From Phormidesmis sp. (lineage in GTDB: Bacteria; Cyanobacteriota; Cyanobacteriia; Leptolyngbyales; Leptolyngbyaceae), in NCBI GenBank assembly GCA_965248535.1, contig CBDFJR010000002.1, positions 2,272,001 to 2,336,000 on the forward strand: a DNA stretch of 64,000 nucleotides, written 5' to 3'. Made by a program: the position numbers and the translations under genes. Under the pieces are notes generated by a model, which was not told the DNA's origin, did not search any database, and worked only from the letters and a program-made list of their open reading frames with translations. Every line of letters starts with the position of its first letter. Position 1 is the first letter of the stretch. This document shows, piece by piece, positions 40,712 to 51,034 of the stretch.

Positions 40712-41731
40712 TCATCTGTTTTTAGACGGCATCCAGCGCGTGAGAGATCTAGACAATAAATTCAAGACTTTTTGAGACAGACGGCCGTTTTCATAAAGCA
40801 GCGTGGTAGGAAGCAGCCGACGAATTGTAAACACAAGATTGAGCCACGATCGTCCCCCAATTTTGATGTTTCTATCTGCTAAATAAACGGGAAATTGAAG
40901 AAACGTTGCGAATTGATCAAACTGAGTCTGATTTTTCTCTTTGATCGCTTGACTGACAAAAAACACCAGGCTTTTCTGACAGAATTGGAGCAGATTTGGA
41001 TGTTGTTCGGCTACTCTTTGATAAAAATTAGCATAGGAGTTGACTAAATGAGTCCAATTGTTGGTCATATTGGACTGATGCTTAGTATAAAAAGCTCCCG
41101 TCAACGGAGTGTAGACAAATGGAATATCTTCAGCAGCAATTTCTAAAGCAAAGTAGCGATCGACCATTGCTTTTAACCCTTCTCGAAGCGGATGTCTTAA
41201 AAAGAGGCTCTTGGGCATCAACATCGCTTGCTGAAGGGCCGGGTGAGGAGAATTTGATAAAAAATCAGGGGTCAATAATCGCTCAATTAATTCTGCGTTA
41301 GTTAAGGCCCCGATCGTATGAGGTTGGTGATCGATGATGGCCTCGTTTGGGTCGATTAAGACTCGATCGTAGTCACTATAAAAGACAACTTCTCGATCGA
41401 GATCTTCTCCTAAATGCTCTAGCTGAAATCTGGTTTTGTCTGCATGAATCCAGTCATCGGCATCAAGACATTGCACCCATTTGCCTTTAGCTTTAGACAC
41501 CCCAAAATTGCGCGCTGAAGCTAACCCCAAATTTTCTTGAAAATAATAGTTGACCCGTGAATCTAGCGCCATCAAACTGTCTGCAACCTGGCGAGTGTTG
41601 TCAGTAGAGCCATCGTCAATAATGATGCATTCTAGATCAGTCAAGGTTTGAGAAAGAACACTTTTGACAGAACGATCGAGATAACGACCCTGGTTATAAC
41701 AATTGACAATAATTGAGACGAGCACTGTCAT
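40712..41731 (-). CDS. Glycosyltransferase family 2
   Basis: VSIIVNCYN, IDDGSTD, ARNFG, LDADD. Confidence 0.9.
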   Translation of the reverse strand: MTVLVSIIVNCYNQGRYLDRSVKSVLSQTLTDLECIIIDDGSTDNTRQVADSLMALDSRVNYYFQENLGLASARNFGVSKAKGKWVQCLDADDWIHADKTRFQLEHLGEDLDREVVFYSDYDRVLIDPNEAIIDHQPHTIGALTNAELIERLLTPDFLSNSPHPALQQAMLMPKSLFLRHPLREGLKAMVDRYFALEIAAEDIPFVYTPLTGAFYTKHQSNMTNNWTHLVNSYANFYQRVAEQHPNLLQFCQKSLVFFVSQAIKEKNQTQFDQFATFLQFPVYLADRNIKIGGRSWLNLVFTIRRLLPTTLLYENGRLSQKVLNLLSRSLTRWMPSKNR

Positions 41732-41776
41732 TTAAATCACTCCCATCAGACTCAAAAATCGCAGCCGCAGAGGAGG

Positions 41777-41983
41777 CTAATCAATCACTTTAATCGTGCC
41801 TTCTTTGATTGAGTCAAAAATATGGTTCATCATCCGCCGTTCTTGAGCAGTGATCTTATGATTAGAGAGCAGAAGTGAAGTCATTTGAGCATATTCTTGG
41901 CGGTTTAGCTGACCCGCACTTAAAATTTGATCGGTTGTGTCTTTGAAAGATGCACTTGACCTAATTTGACCGACTCGAACCAT
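41777..41983 (-). CDS. Small hypothetical protein
   Basis: 68-aa helical ORF directly upstream of, and co-oriented with, the glycosyltransferase pair. Confidence 0.6.
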   Translation of the reverse strand: MVRVGQIRSSASFKDTTDQILSAGQLNRQEYAQMTSLLLSNHKITAQERRMMNHIFDSIKEGTIKVID

Positions 41984-42170
41984 TTCTTTCGCTCACTGTT
42001 CAGTATTTTTAAGGCTGCTTTCTTTAGTGTTGACCAAAAAATCTGTTGTAGAACAAAGGTTAGATGAGAAGCTCATAAAGAGTTGATTAACTCTCTCCTA
42101 TCACTTTTTATAGGGTGAGTTTCGGCGTTTTGTACTCAGAGAAAATACGGGTTTCCTCGTAATATCACCT

Positions 42171-42944
42171 ATGGACGTTTACAGAATTTCGGCTCTGTCG
42201 GATAACTACATCTTTTTGCTGCATGATCCCGATGCTCAGATCGCGGCGGTGGTTGACCCCGCCGAGCCACAGCCTGTGCTCAAAAAACTTCAGGAACTAG
42301 GAGCAAAGCTGGTCGCAATCTTTAACACACACCACCACGGTGATCACGTTGGCGGCAATCGAGATTTGCTGCATGAGTTCCCCGACGCGATCGTTTACGG
42401 CGGCGCAGAAGATCGCGGCAGAATTCCCGGACAGGGTGTGTTTTTAAACGATGGCGATCGGGTCAAATTTGGCGATCGCTGGGCTGACGTTTTGTTTGTC
42501 CCCGGCCACACTCGCGCTCATATCGCTTACTATTTTCCGCCGATCACGATCGATGCAGCAGGCGAACTTTTTTGCGGTGACACATTATTTTCAGGAGGCT
42601 GCGGCAGATTGTTTGAAGGAACGCCCACTCAAATGGTGAATTCCCTCAGCAAACTTCGCGCCTTGCCTGACAATACGCGAGTTTGGTGCGCTCATGAGTA
42701 CACGCTAAACAATTTGAAATTTGCGGTGACGATCGACCGCGAAAATGCAGATCTACGATCGCGCTTTGCGGCCGTGCAAGCTGCTCGTAGCCAGAATGAA
42801 GCGACAATCCCCGCGTGGCTAGGGGTTGAGAAGCAGACCAATCCATTTTTGCGCTGGGATCAGCCGGGGGTGAGAAAGGCGATGGGCGATCGCGACCCGA
42901 TCGCGACCTTTGCAGCCCTGCGGCGGCAGAAGGATAGCTTTTAA
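42171..42944 (+). CDS. gloB: Hydroxyacylglutathione hydrolase (glyoxalase II)
   Basis: [37 protein letters not shown]. Confidence 0.96.
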   Translation: MDVYRISALSDNYIFLLHDPDAQIAAVVDPAEPQPVLKKLQELGAKLVAIFNTHHHGDHVGGNRDLLHEFPDAIVYGGAEDRGRIPGQGVFLNDGDRVKFGDRWADVLFVPGHTRAHIAYYFPPITIDAAGELFCGDTLFSGGCGRLFEGTPTQMVNSLSKLRALPDNTRVWCAHEYTLNNLKFAVTIDRENADLRSRFAAVQAARSQNEATIPAWLGVEKQTNPFLRWDQPGVRKAMGDRDPIATFAALRRQKDSF

Positions 42945-43873
42945 ATGAGGCGATAGGCGAGGGCGACCCATTCTTGCGATCGCAGACGATCGACTTCTTC
43001 AAACCCCGCTTCGATAAAAGCTTTCGTCACTTCATCGGCATAATCGAGGGTAAACCCCGCCGCGATCACCCTTCCTGACGGGCGCAGGGCTTGACGAAAG
43101 TCTGGTGCGATCGCGATGTGAATGCGGGCAAAAATGTTGGCGACGATCAGGTCAAACTCTGCGGCTGGCTCGATCGTCGGCACCTGTTCTTGAGTGGTTC
43201 CACCCATCCAGTGCCCTAAGTCGCTGCCGCGTCCGAGGCTGCCCTCGATCACCGTGACCTGTGCCTCAACTCCGTTTTGCCGAACCGCTTTTTGAGTCGC
43301 TTGCACCGCAGTGAGATCGTTGTCTAAGGCTAAAACGGTGGCTCCCAGTTTGGCGATCGCGACACTCAAAATTCCCGATCCGCATCCCAAATCCAGAACA
43401 GACATAGCAGGCTGAACCTGTCCTTCGAGCAGTTCTAAACTGAGCCTTGTAGCGGGGTGAAACCCACTCCCAAAGCTCAGAGAGGGTTTGAGCTTTAAGA
43501 GAATGTCTTGGGGCTGGGGTTGATAGCGCGTGTCAGGAGACAGCACGACAAACCGCTGACCGATGCGATGCAAACGATCGCCCGCCTCAATCGGCTTCTC
43601 ATCAACCGTTGCGATTTCGAGCGCGGTGGTCAGTCCGGTTCGCTGCAAGGGTGAGAGCAAGGCTGCAATTTTTTCTAGCTGACTAGCCCCGACGGGATTG
43701 GATAGATATAAACAGAGGGTGACCGCCCAATCGGGTTGAGGGCTGGTCGAGCGATCGGGCGATCGATAGTCAATAATCTGAATCTCATCGGTGTAATTAG
43801 CCTCAGCCAGCAGGGTGCACACCCAGTCAACGGCTTCATAGGTGGCGCTTAGACTCAACTCTATCCACGACAT
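42941..43873 (-). CDS. prmA: Ribosomal protein L11 methyltransferase-like protein
   Basis: [23 protein letters not shown]. It may be a paralog. Confidence 0.75.
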   Translation of the reverse strand: MSWIELSLSATYEAVDWVCTLLAEANYTDEIQIIDYRSPDRSTSPQPDWAVTLCLYLSNPVGASQLEKIAALLSPLQRTGLTTALEIATVDEKPIEAGDRLHRIGQRFVVLSPDTRYQPQPQDILLKLKPSLSFGSGFHPATRLSLELLEGQVQPAMSVLDLGCGSGILSVAIAKLGATVLALDNDLTAVQATQKAVRQNGVEAQVTVIEGSLGRGSDLGHWMGGTTQEQVPTIEPAAEFDLIVANIFARIHIAIAPDFRQALRPSGRVIAAGFTLDYADEVTKAFIEAGFEEVDRLRSQEWVALAYRLI

Positions 43874-43935
43874 CTTCTTTTTTAGGGCAAACAGGAGGAC
43901 AATTTTTTGCCGAATCGAGGCTTGCGACGCTGGGG

Positions 43936-44751
43936 CTAAAGGGATGGAGACGGCTCAACCCACACGCGCATCTCGTTGAGTTGCAGGGGCCCAAACTGGG
44001 TCGCGAGGGCAACATCGGCAGCATCTCGGCCATAGGCGATCGCGACTCGGTTTCCTCGCGGCTGCGGTTGAGTGGCATCAAACGTAAACCAGCGCCCTTG
44101 GGGGTCTTGGCTCTGCGATTCGCCCACAAACGCCTCAAACCAAGCGTGCAGATCCATGGGGTCAAGCTGATAGAGATAGCCCACCACCATGCGCGCCGGA
44201 ATGTTGAGGCTGCGGCATAGGGCAATGCCCAAGTGGGCAAAATCTCGACACACGCCTACCCGATCGTGGGCCGTTTCAAAGGCTGAAGTCGAGGCATCAC
44301 TGGTGCCATATTGATAATCAATATGAGTGTGAATCCAGTCGCGAATCGCGTCTACCTGGTCATAGCCGGGCGCACGATCGCCCACAATTTTAGTGGCTAA
44401 ATCACCCAAGCGATCGCTGGGGCAATAGCGGCTCGGCAGCAAAAACTGAAGCACTCCATCGGGGATATTTTGCACAGGAACAAAGGGGGCACCCGGCTGA
44501 ACATCAATGCTATCGGCAGTTTCGGCACTGGCAATGGCCCGAACTCGAAACGGCCCTTGCGGAGTCACTAACCGCTGGCACAAATTACCATAGCTGTCGG
44601 TATATTCAACCATTGGCACGCTCGGCTCAAGCAGATATTCTTCGCGAAAGATCCACTGTCCTAACCCACTTCGAGGTCTGAGCATGAGAATCACAGGCGT
44701 TGGCACGCTCGCCTCAAACAAGATTTCACACCCCGCATCCAACCGCATCAT
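43936..44751 (-). CDS. Transglutaminase-like protein
   Basis: GVCRDFAH, DLHAWFE, FDAT (Cys-His-Asp triad) and GRDAADV. Confidence 0.9.
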   Translation of the reverse strand: MMRLDAGCEILFEASVPTPVILMLRPRSGLGQWIFREEYLLEPSVPMVEYTDSYGNLCQRLVTPQGPFRVRAIASAETADSIDVQPGAPFVPVQNIPDGVLQFLLPSRYCPSDRLGDLATKIVGDRAPGYDQVDAIRDWIHTHIDYQYGTSDASTSAFETAHDRVGVCRDFAHLGIALCRSLNIPARMVVGYLYQLDPMDLHAWFEAFVGESQSQDPQGRWFTFDATQPQPRGNRVAIAYGRDAADVALATQFGPLQLNEMRVWVEPSPSL

Positions 44752-44777
44752 TTTTGATCACTGACGACTTAAATAGT

Positions 44778-45071
44778 CTATCGAAGGATCTCGTAGAAAT
44801 GTTCGACAACGGGAACCGGATCATAAAAGTGATGGAGTAACTGTTTCCAGATTTGATAGCCGGGAGATTGGCGAAACCCGATCGTATGGGCTTCAAGCGT
44901 CTCCCACCGAACGAGGAGAAGATAGCGATCGTCCACTTCAATGCACTTTTGCAACTCGTGAGACAAATATCCCGGCATTGAAGCAATGATGGGAGAGGCT
45001 TTTCTAAAAGCGTTCTCAAACTCACCGCTCAGTCCTGATTTAATGGTGAGAACTGCAACTTCAAGAATCAT
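44778..45071 (-). CDS. Antibiotic biosynthesis monooxygenase (ABM) family protein
   Basis: MILEVA, PGYLSH, WETLEAH..GFRQS, HFY pattern. Confidence 0.88.
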   Translation of the reverse strand: MILEVAVLTIKSGLSGEFENAFRKASPIIASMPGYLSHELQKCIEVDDRYLLLVRWETLEAHTIGFRQSPGYQIWKQLLHHFYDPVPVVEHFYEILR

Positions 45072-45164
45072 GGTTTTTTTGCTCTATCCGAACCTTCGGA
45101 CGCTATCAATAGACCGATATTGCTTTCTGAATGCCTTTATCACCAGGGCTGAAGTGTGTAGGGC

Positions 45165-46946
45165 TTAAGCACTGGCTAATTGCAGGCAGCGATCGCCCGT
45201 TAACAACGGCTGCATCTCATCAGCCGGGATCGGAGGGCTATAGAGAAAGCCCTGCATAATCTGACAGCCAATCTCTTGCAAAAAGGTCACCTGTTTCTGA
45301 GTTTCTACACCTTCAGCAATCACGTTTAGCTGAAGACTCTGCGCCATCATAATAATCGCGGTTGAGATGGCCGCCGCCCCGCTATTAATAGCCCCCTGCC
45401 GCACAAACGTTTGATCGATTTTGAGAGCATCGATCGGCAGGTCAGACAGGTAGTTGAGCGACGAATAGCCTGTGCCAAAATCGTCAAGAGAAATCTCCAC
45501 GCCGAGTTGTTTTAACTCTCGCAAAACGGCAACGGTTGCGCCGACATCCTCCATCAAAATCGACTCGGTTAGCTCTAAAACCAACAGCTTTGGGTTGAGA
45601 CCCGTTTCGGCTAAAATTTGCCCTACTCTCTGTGCCAGCTTTTCTTGCTGAAACTGCCGCATTGAGAGGTTTACAGCGACTTTTAGGGGCATCAAGCTGA
45701 GAGTCTGCCAGCTTTGAACTTGAGCACAGGCGGCTCTCAGCACCCATTCTCCCAAGGTCACGATCAGCCCCATTTCTTCAGCGATCGGAATGAAGATCTT
45801 GGGCGGAATCATGCCTCGCTGCGGGTGATGCCAGCGCAGCAGGGCTTCTACGCCAATGATCCGTCCGGTCGCTAAGTGCACTTGAGGCTGATAATAAAGC
45901 TGAAACTCAGACGGTTTTAGCCCAGACGCGGTTTGCTCGGCGATCGCGTTGCTGAGATCGGCTTCGATCAGCCGCCGCTCAACCTCTAGAGCATCCATCG
46001 TCAGACTATAGACCATATAGCCACTCTGGCCCTGTTTTTGGCACCAGCGTCTTGCCGTCTCTGCCTGCACCAAGAGCCGTTCGGGGCTGCTGCCGTGCTG
46101 ATGTTGCAGCGCGATGCCAATGCTGACTTGAATCTGAATTTTGTGGGCTGTCAGCAGATAAGGAGCCGTAACTTCGACCAAAATGGCTTGGGCAATGCCC
46201 ACTAAATCTTGTTCTTGAGGATGCCCGGTGACGATGATACCAAATTCATCAGCCCCCAATCGAGCGACGGTCGCCTGACTGCCGATCGCTTTGACGAGGC
46301 GCTTGGATAGCTCTTGCAGCAAGCGATCGCCGATGTGATAACCAAACGAGGTGTTGACGGTTCTAAAGCGGTTGACGTTGAGGCAGAAAACCGCGATCGC
46401 TGCATCGCCTCGGTTGATCTGACCAATGCTCACTAAGGACTGTCTAGCCAAAATCTGCTGAAGCTGTTGATAAAACAGCGTGCGATTGGGAAGATGGGTT
46501 AGGGGGTCTAGATAAGCCGAGCCTGGCAGTAGACTGGGGAGGGGTGGCTGGCGTTTGGCAAAGATCTGGGTCAACCCTACATATTTTCGCAATCGAGACG
46601 AAATCGCTTCTAACAGGTCTTCGATCGCGCAGGGTTTAATGAGATAGTCATCGGCTCCGAGGTTCATTCCTTGACGGATCTCAGCCCGTTCTCCTTTAGC
46701 GGTGAGAAAAATAATTGGAATCGCGGCCGTTTGGGGATCACGACGCAAAACATTGAGCACGCCATAACCATCCAGTTCGGGCATCCCAATATCACACAAA
46801 ATCAGATCAGGCAAGTAGGTCTTGGCTTGCTCTACCCCCATTACCCCCCCGTTGGCCCCGATCGCCTGAAATCCTTCTAGCTGCAAGATCTCCAGTAGGT
46901 TATCAAGAATTATCTCCTCATTTTCGATCACTAGAATGGTCGCCAT
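45165..46946 (-). CDS. Receiver-GGDEF-EAL protein, probable c-di-GMP phosphodiesterase (ORF open from 46985)
   Basis: LCDIGMP receiver; degenerate GADEF; intact EALLRW and DDFGTGYSS. Confidence 0.92.
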   Translation of the reverse strand: MATILVIENEEIILDNLLEILQLEGFQAIGANGGVMGVEQAKTYLPDLILCDIGMPELDGYGVLNVLRRDPQTAAIPIIFLTAKGERAEIRQGMNLGADDYLIKPCAIEDLLEAISSRLRKYVGLTQIFAKRQPPLPSLLPGSAYLDPLTHLPNRTLFYQQLQQILARQSLVSIGQINRGDAAIAVFCLNVNRFRTVNTSFGYHIGDRLLQELSKRLVKAIGSQATVARLGADEFGIIVTGHPQEQDLVGIAQAILVEVTAPYLLTAHKIQIQVSIGIALQHQHGSSPERLLVQAETARRWCQKQGQSGYMVYSLTMDALEVERRLIEADLSNAIAEQTASGLKPSEFQLYYQPQVHLATGRIIGVEALLRWHHPQRGMIPPKIFIPIAEEMGLIVTLGEWVLRAACAQVQSWQTLSLMPLKVAVNLSMRQFQQEKLAQRVGQILAETGLNPKLLVLELTESILMEDVGATVAVLRELKQLGVEISLDDFGTGYSSLNYLSDLPIDALKIDQTFVRQGAINSGAAAISTAIIMMAQSLQLNVIAEGVETQKQVTFLQEIGCQIMQGFLYSPPIPADEMQPLLTGDRCLQLASA

Positions 46947-47969
46947 TTGAACTTTTGTAGGGAACTGGTCAAGTCGGCACGACATCTCGCAACGATGTCT
47001 ACATTGAAGAATCTAACAAGCAGAGAGACTGGAGTCTGTTTCAATCAACCTTAGAGAAGAGAAAGCCTGCTGCCACCTGCTTTATTTGGGAACCGTAAGG
47101 TTTGACGATCGCCCCACCTAAGATCAGCCATTAAGTTGGGGTTGCCGCAATTTTAGACAAACCCTAACTAGAGACTGCACCCTGATCAACTGTCGTCATC
47201 TAGTTGAGGTGAGACAACCTGCGTTTAGTAGGTCGCCCGCCTCTTAAATCAATTGTTACAAAGTCTACTGAGGCAGTTAAATGGTCGATAAGTAGTTTGT
47301 TCACGGTCTATGCACCCTTCACCATCTAGCATTAACGAATCAAATTAAGAACTTATGTTCTCAAGTAATGACAATCTCCACTTACCCGTATAGTGCTTTC
47401 TATCACATTTATGTTCGGATAAACCATTAAAAAAACCTAGAATTTAAGAACGCCGCTGCCCACATCATCAGAAAATACCCTCGTTTTTTGGGTGCTCAAA
47501 GACGGTTTAACTCAAGTTTTGTGCGCCATCCGAGAAGCGATTCCCTGTCCTCAATCTGAGAAAGCCCTGGGTTCGGCTTCTCAAAATTTGGGGAAGGATA
47601 GAAACAAGTCTATGGCTGACTGAAAACTTCATAAAACTCCGATTTGATTAACTTAATGATGAATCTTACAGTTTATAAAAGCAAATTGGGTGACTGAGGA
47701 GAGCAATCAGGGATGTTTAGTGAGATGCACCCTGTTAAAAACCTCTAACTGATGAGATCGCAAAATTCTTTATGGGTTTAAGACTAATGAGCGATTAAAC
47801 CCATAAGCTATTAGATAAGCCTCTGAGTTTTTTGGGGATTGGCGGCAATTCTAAAGTCTCAGCATAAATTCTGCCTATGCTCTATGCAGTAGGATTAGAA
47901 TCTGCTTTCATGGTTTAGGCAATCTACTTAACGTCGTTAAATATTTCGTTTCGTTAATTATTTATATCA

Positions 47970-49319
47970 GTGTCGTCACTTAATACTGGAATGCCTCATC
48001 GACCTCAGCAAATAAAAAGAAAACGAGGTATTGTCCTTAGCTCAAAGGGCTGGCAGCGCTTGCAGAGTGCAGAGCAGCGATCGGTGAGCCAAAACAACCT
48101 AGGAAAAGCGTTTACGCTGCAAGAGTTGAGTGAGCGAACGGGACTTAGCCCCAACACTCTGGCCAGAGTGCGAAGCCGTAAGGTTGCTGTCGATCAACAA
48201 ACGTTAGAAAACTACTTTCGGGCCTTTGACCTGACTCTGGGTTTAGATGACTATGCTGACTCAGAGGCAGCGATCGCTAACATTCGACAGCCCGTGCTTT
48301 TGAGCGGTCAACTCCCCCTTGACTCGGCTTTTTATGTGCAGCGATCGCCGATCGAGTCGATGTGTTATGAAGCCATTTTGCAGCCTGGTGCCCTGCTGCG
48401 GATCAAAGCTCCTCGGCAGATGGGCAAGACCTCTCTAGTGGCCCGCGTGTTGGCTCAGGCGCGAGAGCAGCAGTTTGCTACCGCTATTTCTAGCTTGCAG
48501 CTTGCAGATTCGACGGTTTTCACTGATTTGAAGCGATTTTTGCAGTGGTTTTGCGCGATCGTCAGTCAAAACCTAGGCTTGCCCAATCAGGTTGATAAAT
48601 ATTGGGATGATCTGTTTGGCAATAGCTATAACTGCACCAATTATTTTGAAAAGTATATCCTGGCTGAGATCGAAACGCCCATAGCCTTGGCGTTTGATGA
48701 AGTCGATGTCGTGTTTGACTACCCAGACATCGCCACCGATTTTTTTGGCATGATGCGAGCCTGGTATGAGAAAGCCCGCTATGGAGACGGCAGAAGCGAT
48801 CTGTGGCAAAAACTGCGGCTTGTGTTGGTGCATTCCACTGAGGTGTATGTCCCTTTAAATATTCACCAGTCGCCGTTTAATGCTGGGTTAGCGATCGAGC
48901 TACCGCCCTTTAATCAAGAGCAAGTGCAAGACCTAGCGCTGCGCTATGGTGTTGATGACCCAGAAGGCTGTGCAACTGCGCTGTTGACGCTTGTGGGTGG
49001 CAGCCCCTATCTGGTGCAGCTAGGGCTGCATCATTTGAGCTTGCAAGATGTCACTCTCAAGCAGTTGACCGAGATGGCGATCATCACAGACGGCATCTAT
49101 AGCGGGCACCTGCGAAACCTGCTGTGGGATTTGCAGAGATATCCAGAGCTAGTAGCGACTTTTAAGCGAGTTGTGTTGTCACCGATTCCCGTTGAGGTCG
49201 AGGCGATTCAGGCTTTTAAGCTACAAAGCAAGGGGTTGGTGCGACTCTATGGACAGCAACTGGTGCCCAGTTGTCATCTCTATCGCAAATATTTTTCTCA
49301 GGCATTGGTGACTGGTTGA
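47970..49319 (+). CDS. HTH plus AAA-like (AAA_35-type) NTPase (alternative ATG at 47991)
   Basis: XRE-like TLQELSERTGLSPNTL, Walker A APRQMGKT, Walker B FDEVD, QSPFN. Confidence 0.88.
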   Translation: MSSLNTGMPHRPQQIKRKRGIVLSSKGWQRLQSAEQRSVSQNNLGKAFTLQELSERTGLSPNTLARVRSRKVAVDQQTLENYFRAFDLTLGLDDYADSEAAIANIRQPVLLSGQLPLDSAFYVQRSPIESMCYEAILQPGALLRIKAPRQMGKTSLVARVLAQAREQQFATAISSLQLADSTVFTDLKRFLQWFCAIVSQNLGLPNQVDKYWDDLFGNSYNCTNYFEKYILAEIETPIALAFDEVDVVFDYPDIATDFFGMMRAWYEKARYGDGRSDLWQKLRLVLVHSTEVYVPLNIHQSPFNAGLAIELPPFNQEQVQDLALRYGVDDPEGCATALLTLVGGSPYLVQLGLHHLSLQDVTLKQLTEMAIITDGIYSGHLRNLLWDLQRYPELVATFKRVVLSPIPVEVEAIQAFKLQSKGLVRLYGQQLVPSCHLYRKYFSQALVTG

Positions 49320-49331
49320 TACTCCCCATGC

Positions 49332-50594
49332 CTAAAGGCTAGGGGATTCTTGAAGAGTCCATAAACGAACCTTCAAAGGCGTTAACAAAGCGCCCCTACT
49401 GACTCCCTCAAGGCATAGCCCTAAAGTTGCCGCTACTTTTCTAAGAATGTTCGCCGCTCCGTTGCAATCAGCATTAATGTATTGATTGTTAGCGGGGCGA
49501 TACAAGCCGCGCTTCACCCGCTTACCTGACTCTTTCCACCCTTCGGGTTTTGCACCGATTGTAGGCAGGAAATCGCTATCAACGAATGAAGCCTTTGACG
49601 TGTAGGATTCTTCAGTTTCAACAAATTGAATCCCATGCTGCTCACACATTTGGGAGATTCTCTCTTTTAGTCTGGCTGTGGGAATCTGCACAAACTTCTG
49701 ATTGGTTTTCTTCCCCATGTTCGCGCCGTCTTTTTGCCCCTTATTCCAGCCAAAAACGACGGTGCCTATTTTGTTTTCTAAGCAGTGATTGACAACTTTT
49801 CTAGCCGCTTTGTTGATCGCGTCCCTCACCTGTCGATTGCGCTTTTCAGTGATAGCAGCTAATCGCTTAGACCAAAAGCCTTGAGGTTGATTCTCTTTCA
49901 GTGTGGCAATCCGCTTGTTATAGAACTGATTCAGGCTTTTAAGATGCAACCCGTCCACGATGAACGACGTGCCCACGTTGGAGATGCCTGTTAGCCAGTT
50001 ATTGATCCCGTGATCAATCCCTAGCGCGTTAGCGGGGTCAACATCTGTATGGACGGCTTCAACTTTGTAGATTAGCTCCAAGTAGAAGCAACCATTCCTA
50101 GGCAGAATCCGATACTCTCTAATCGCTTTGAAGTCTAGGTTTGAAGGCATGGGCAGATAAAAGGCATCCAACCCAAACCACGTTTTGACCTTGCTACCTA
50201 GCGGGAATCTCAAACCCTGATCTTTTAGCTTTACCGCTTGACCCGGAAAGGTGATGAGCGCTAACCCTCCATCTCGATAGCCTGGTAGCTTTGGTTTTTG
50301 GGTTACGGTTCCTTTTTTGATGCCTTTCAAAAGCCCAATATAGGACTTAAACGACTCTGCCACCGTCGTTAGGCATTGTTGAGCGACTTGAGAATGCAAC
50401 GCTTGAAAATGTGGGTTTTTACCCATTTCACGATGCAAGTCAAACTTGCTGGGAATTTTGCCAGTCTTGAAATATAGCTGACGAGCGTAGTACGTTCCGC
50501 AATTTCTCAATTTTGAAGACTCAGAGCAAACAAACTCTAAAATCGCTTTTAGCTCTTTATCTGGACTGATTAGAATTTGCTGACATCCAAACAT
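49332..50594 (-). CDS. tnpB: TnpB lacking the zinc finger, with a rearranged RuvC-II
   Basis: GIDHG, VFGWNK, EESYTSKAS, NADCNGAANI. The ORF runs into the right-end hairpin. Confidence 0.92.
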   Translation of the reverse strand: MFGCQQILISPDKELKAILEFVCSESSKLRNCGTYYARQLYFKTGKIPSKFDLHREMGKNPHFQALHSQVAQQCLTTVAESFKSYIGLLKGIKKGTVTQKPKLPGYRDGGLALITFPGQAVKLKDQGLRFPLGSKVKTWFGLDAFYLPMPSNLDFKAIREYRILPRNGCFYLELIYKVEAVHTDVDPANALGIDHGINNWLTGISNVGTSFIVDGLHLKSLNQFYNKRIATLKENQPQGFWSKRLAAITEKRNRQVRDAINKAARKVVNHCLENKIGTVVFGWNKGQKDGANMGKKTNQKFVQIPTARLKERISQMCEQHGIQFVETEESYTSKASFVDSDFLPTIGAKPEGWKESGKRVKRGLYRPANNQYINADCNGAANILRKVAATLGLCLEGVSRGALLTPLKVRLWTLQESPSL

Positions 50595-50649
50595 TGATTT
50601 AACCTCCTATGTTATGATTATACAGCATAGAGCTATCTAATTAAAGAAA

Positions 50650-51034
50650 ATGTCTGGCGAATTTAAGTCGAATTCTAATATTGTTTATGCTGCAAGTTTC
50701 ACGTTATCTTTTGCCCCAAATACAGGCGACACGTTTTGATAGATGGGATTGACATTGAAGGAAATCATCGCAGAACTGGCTAAAGAATTGAAGTTTGAAG
50801 TTGAGGAGATTGAAATTATGCCTGACCACGTTCACTTACTGATTGACTGCGAGTTCGGGATTCATCGGACGTGAAAATGATTAAAGGTCGGTCTTCTAGG
50901 TTCTTAAGAAGGAGTTTCCTTGGCTGAAGTCTAGAATCCCAACTCTGTGGACTAACTCGTATTTTGTTGCGACGGTGGGAGGAGCGCCGTTAGAAGTGGT
51001 TAAGAAGTACATTGCTGATCAGAAAATTAGATAG
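50650..51034 (+). pseudogene. tnpA: Frameshifted IS200/IS605 transposase
   Basis: Fragments lie in different frames: MSGEFKSNSNIVY / CKFHVIFCPKYRR / EIMPDHVHLL / KGRSSR / LWTNSYF...KKYIADQ. Confidence 0.9.

Noticed and set aside
47088..47150. c-di-GMP-I riboswitch look-alike (GTAA tetraloop, GACG, CCTAAG, GGGGTTGCCG)
   Set aside because: It lacks the GGCAAA and GCAAA ligand-binding segments, P2 is short, and it is antisense to the EAL gene. A cmsearch with the Rfam c-di-GMP-I model would settle it.
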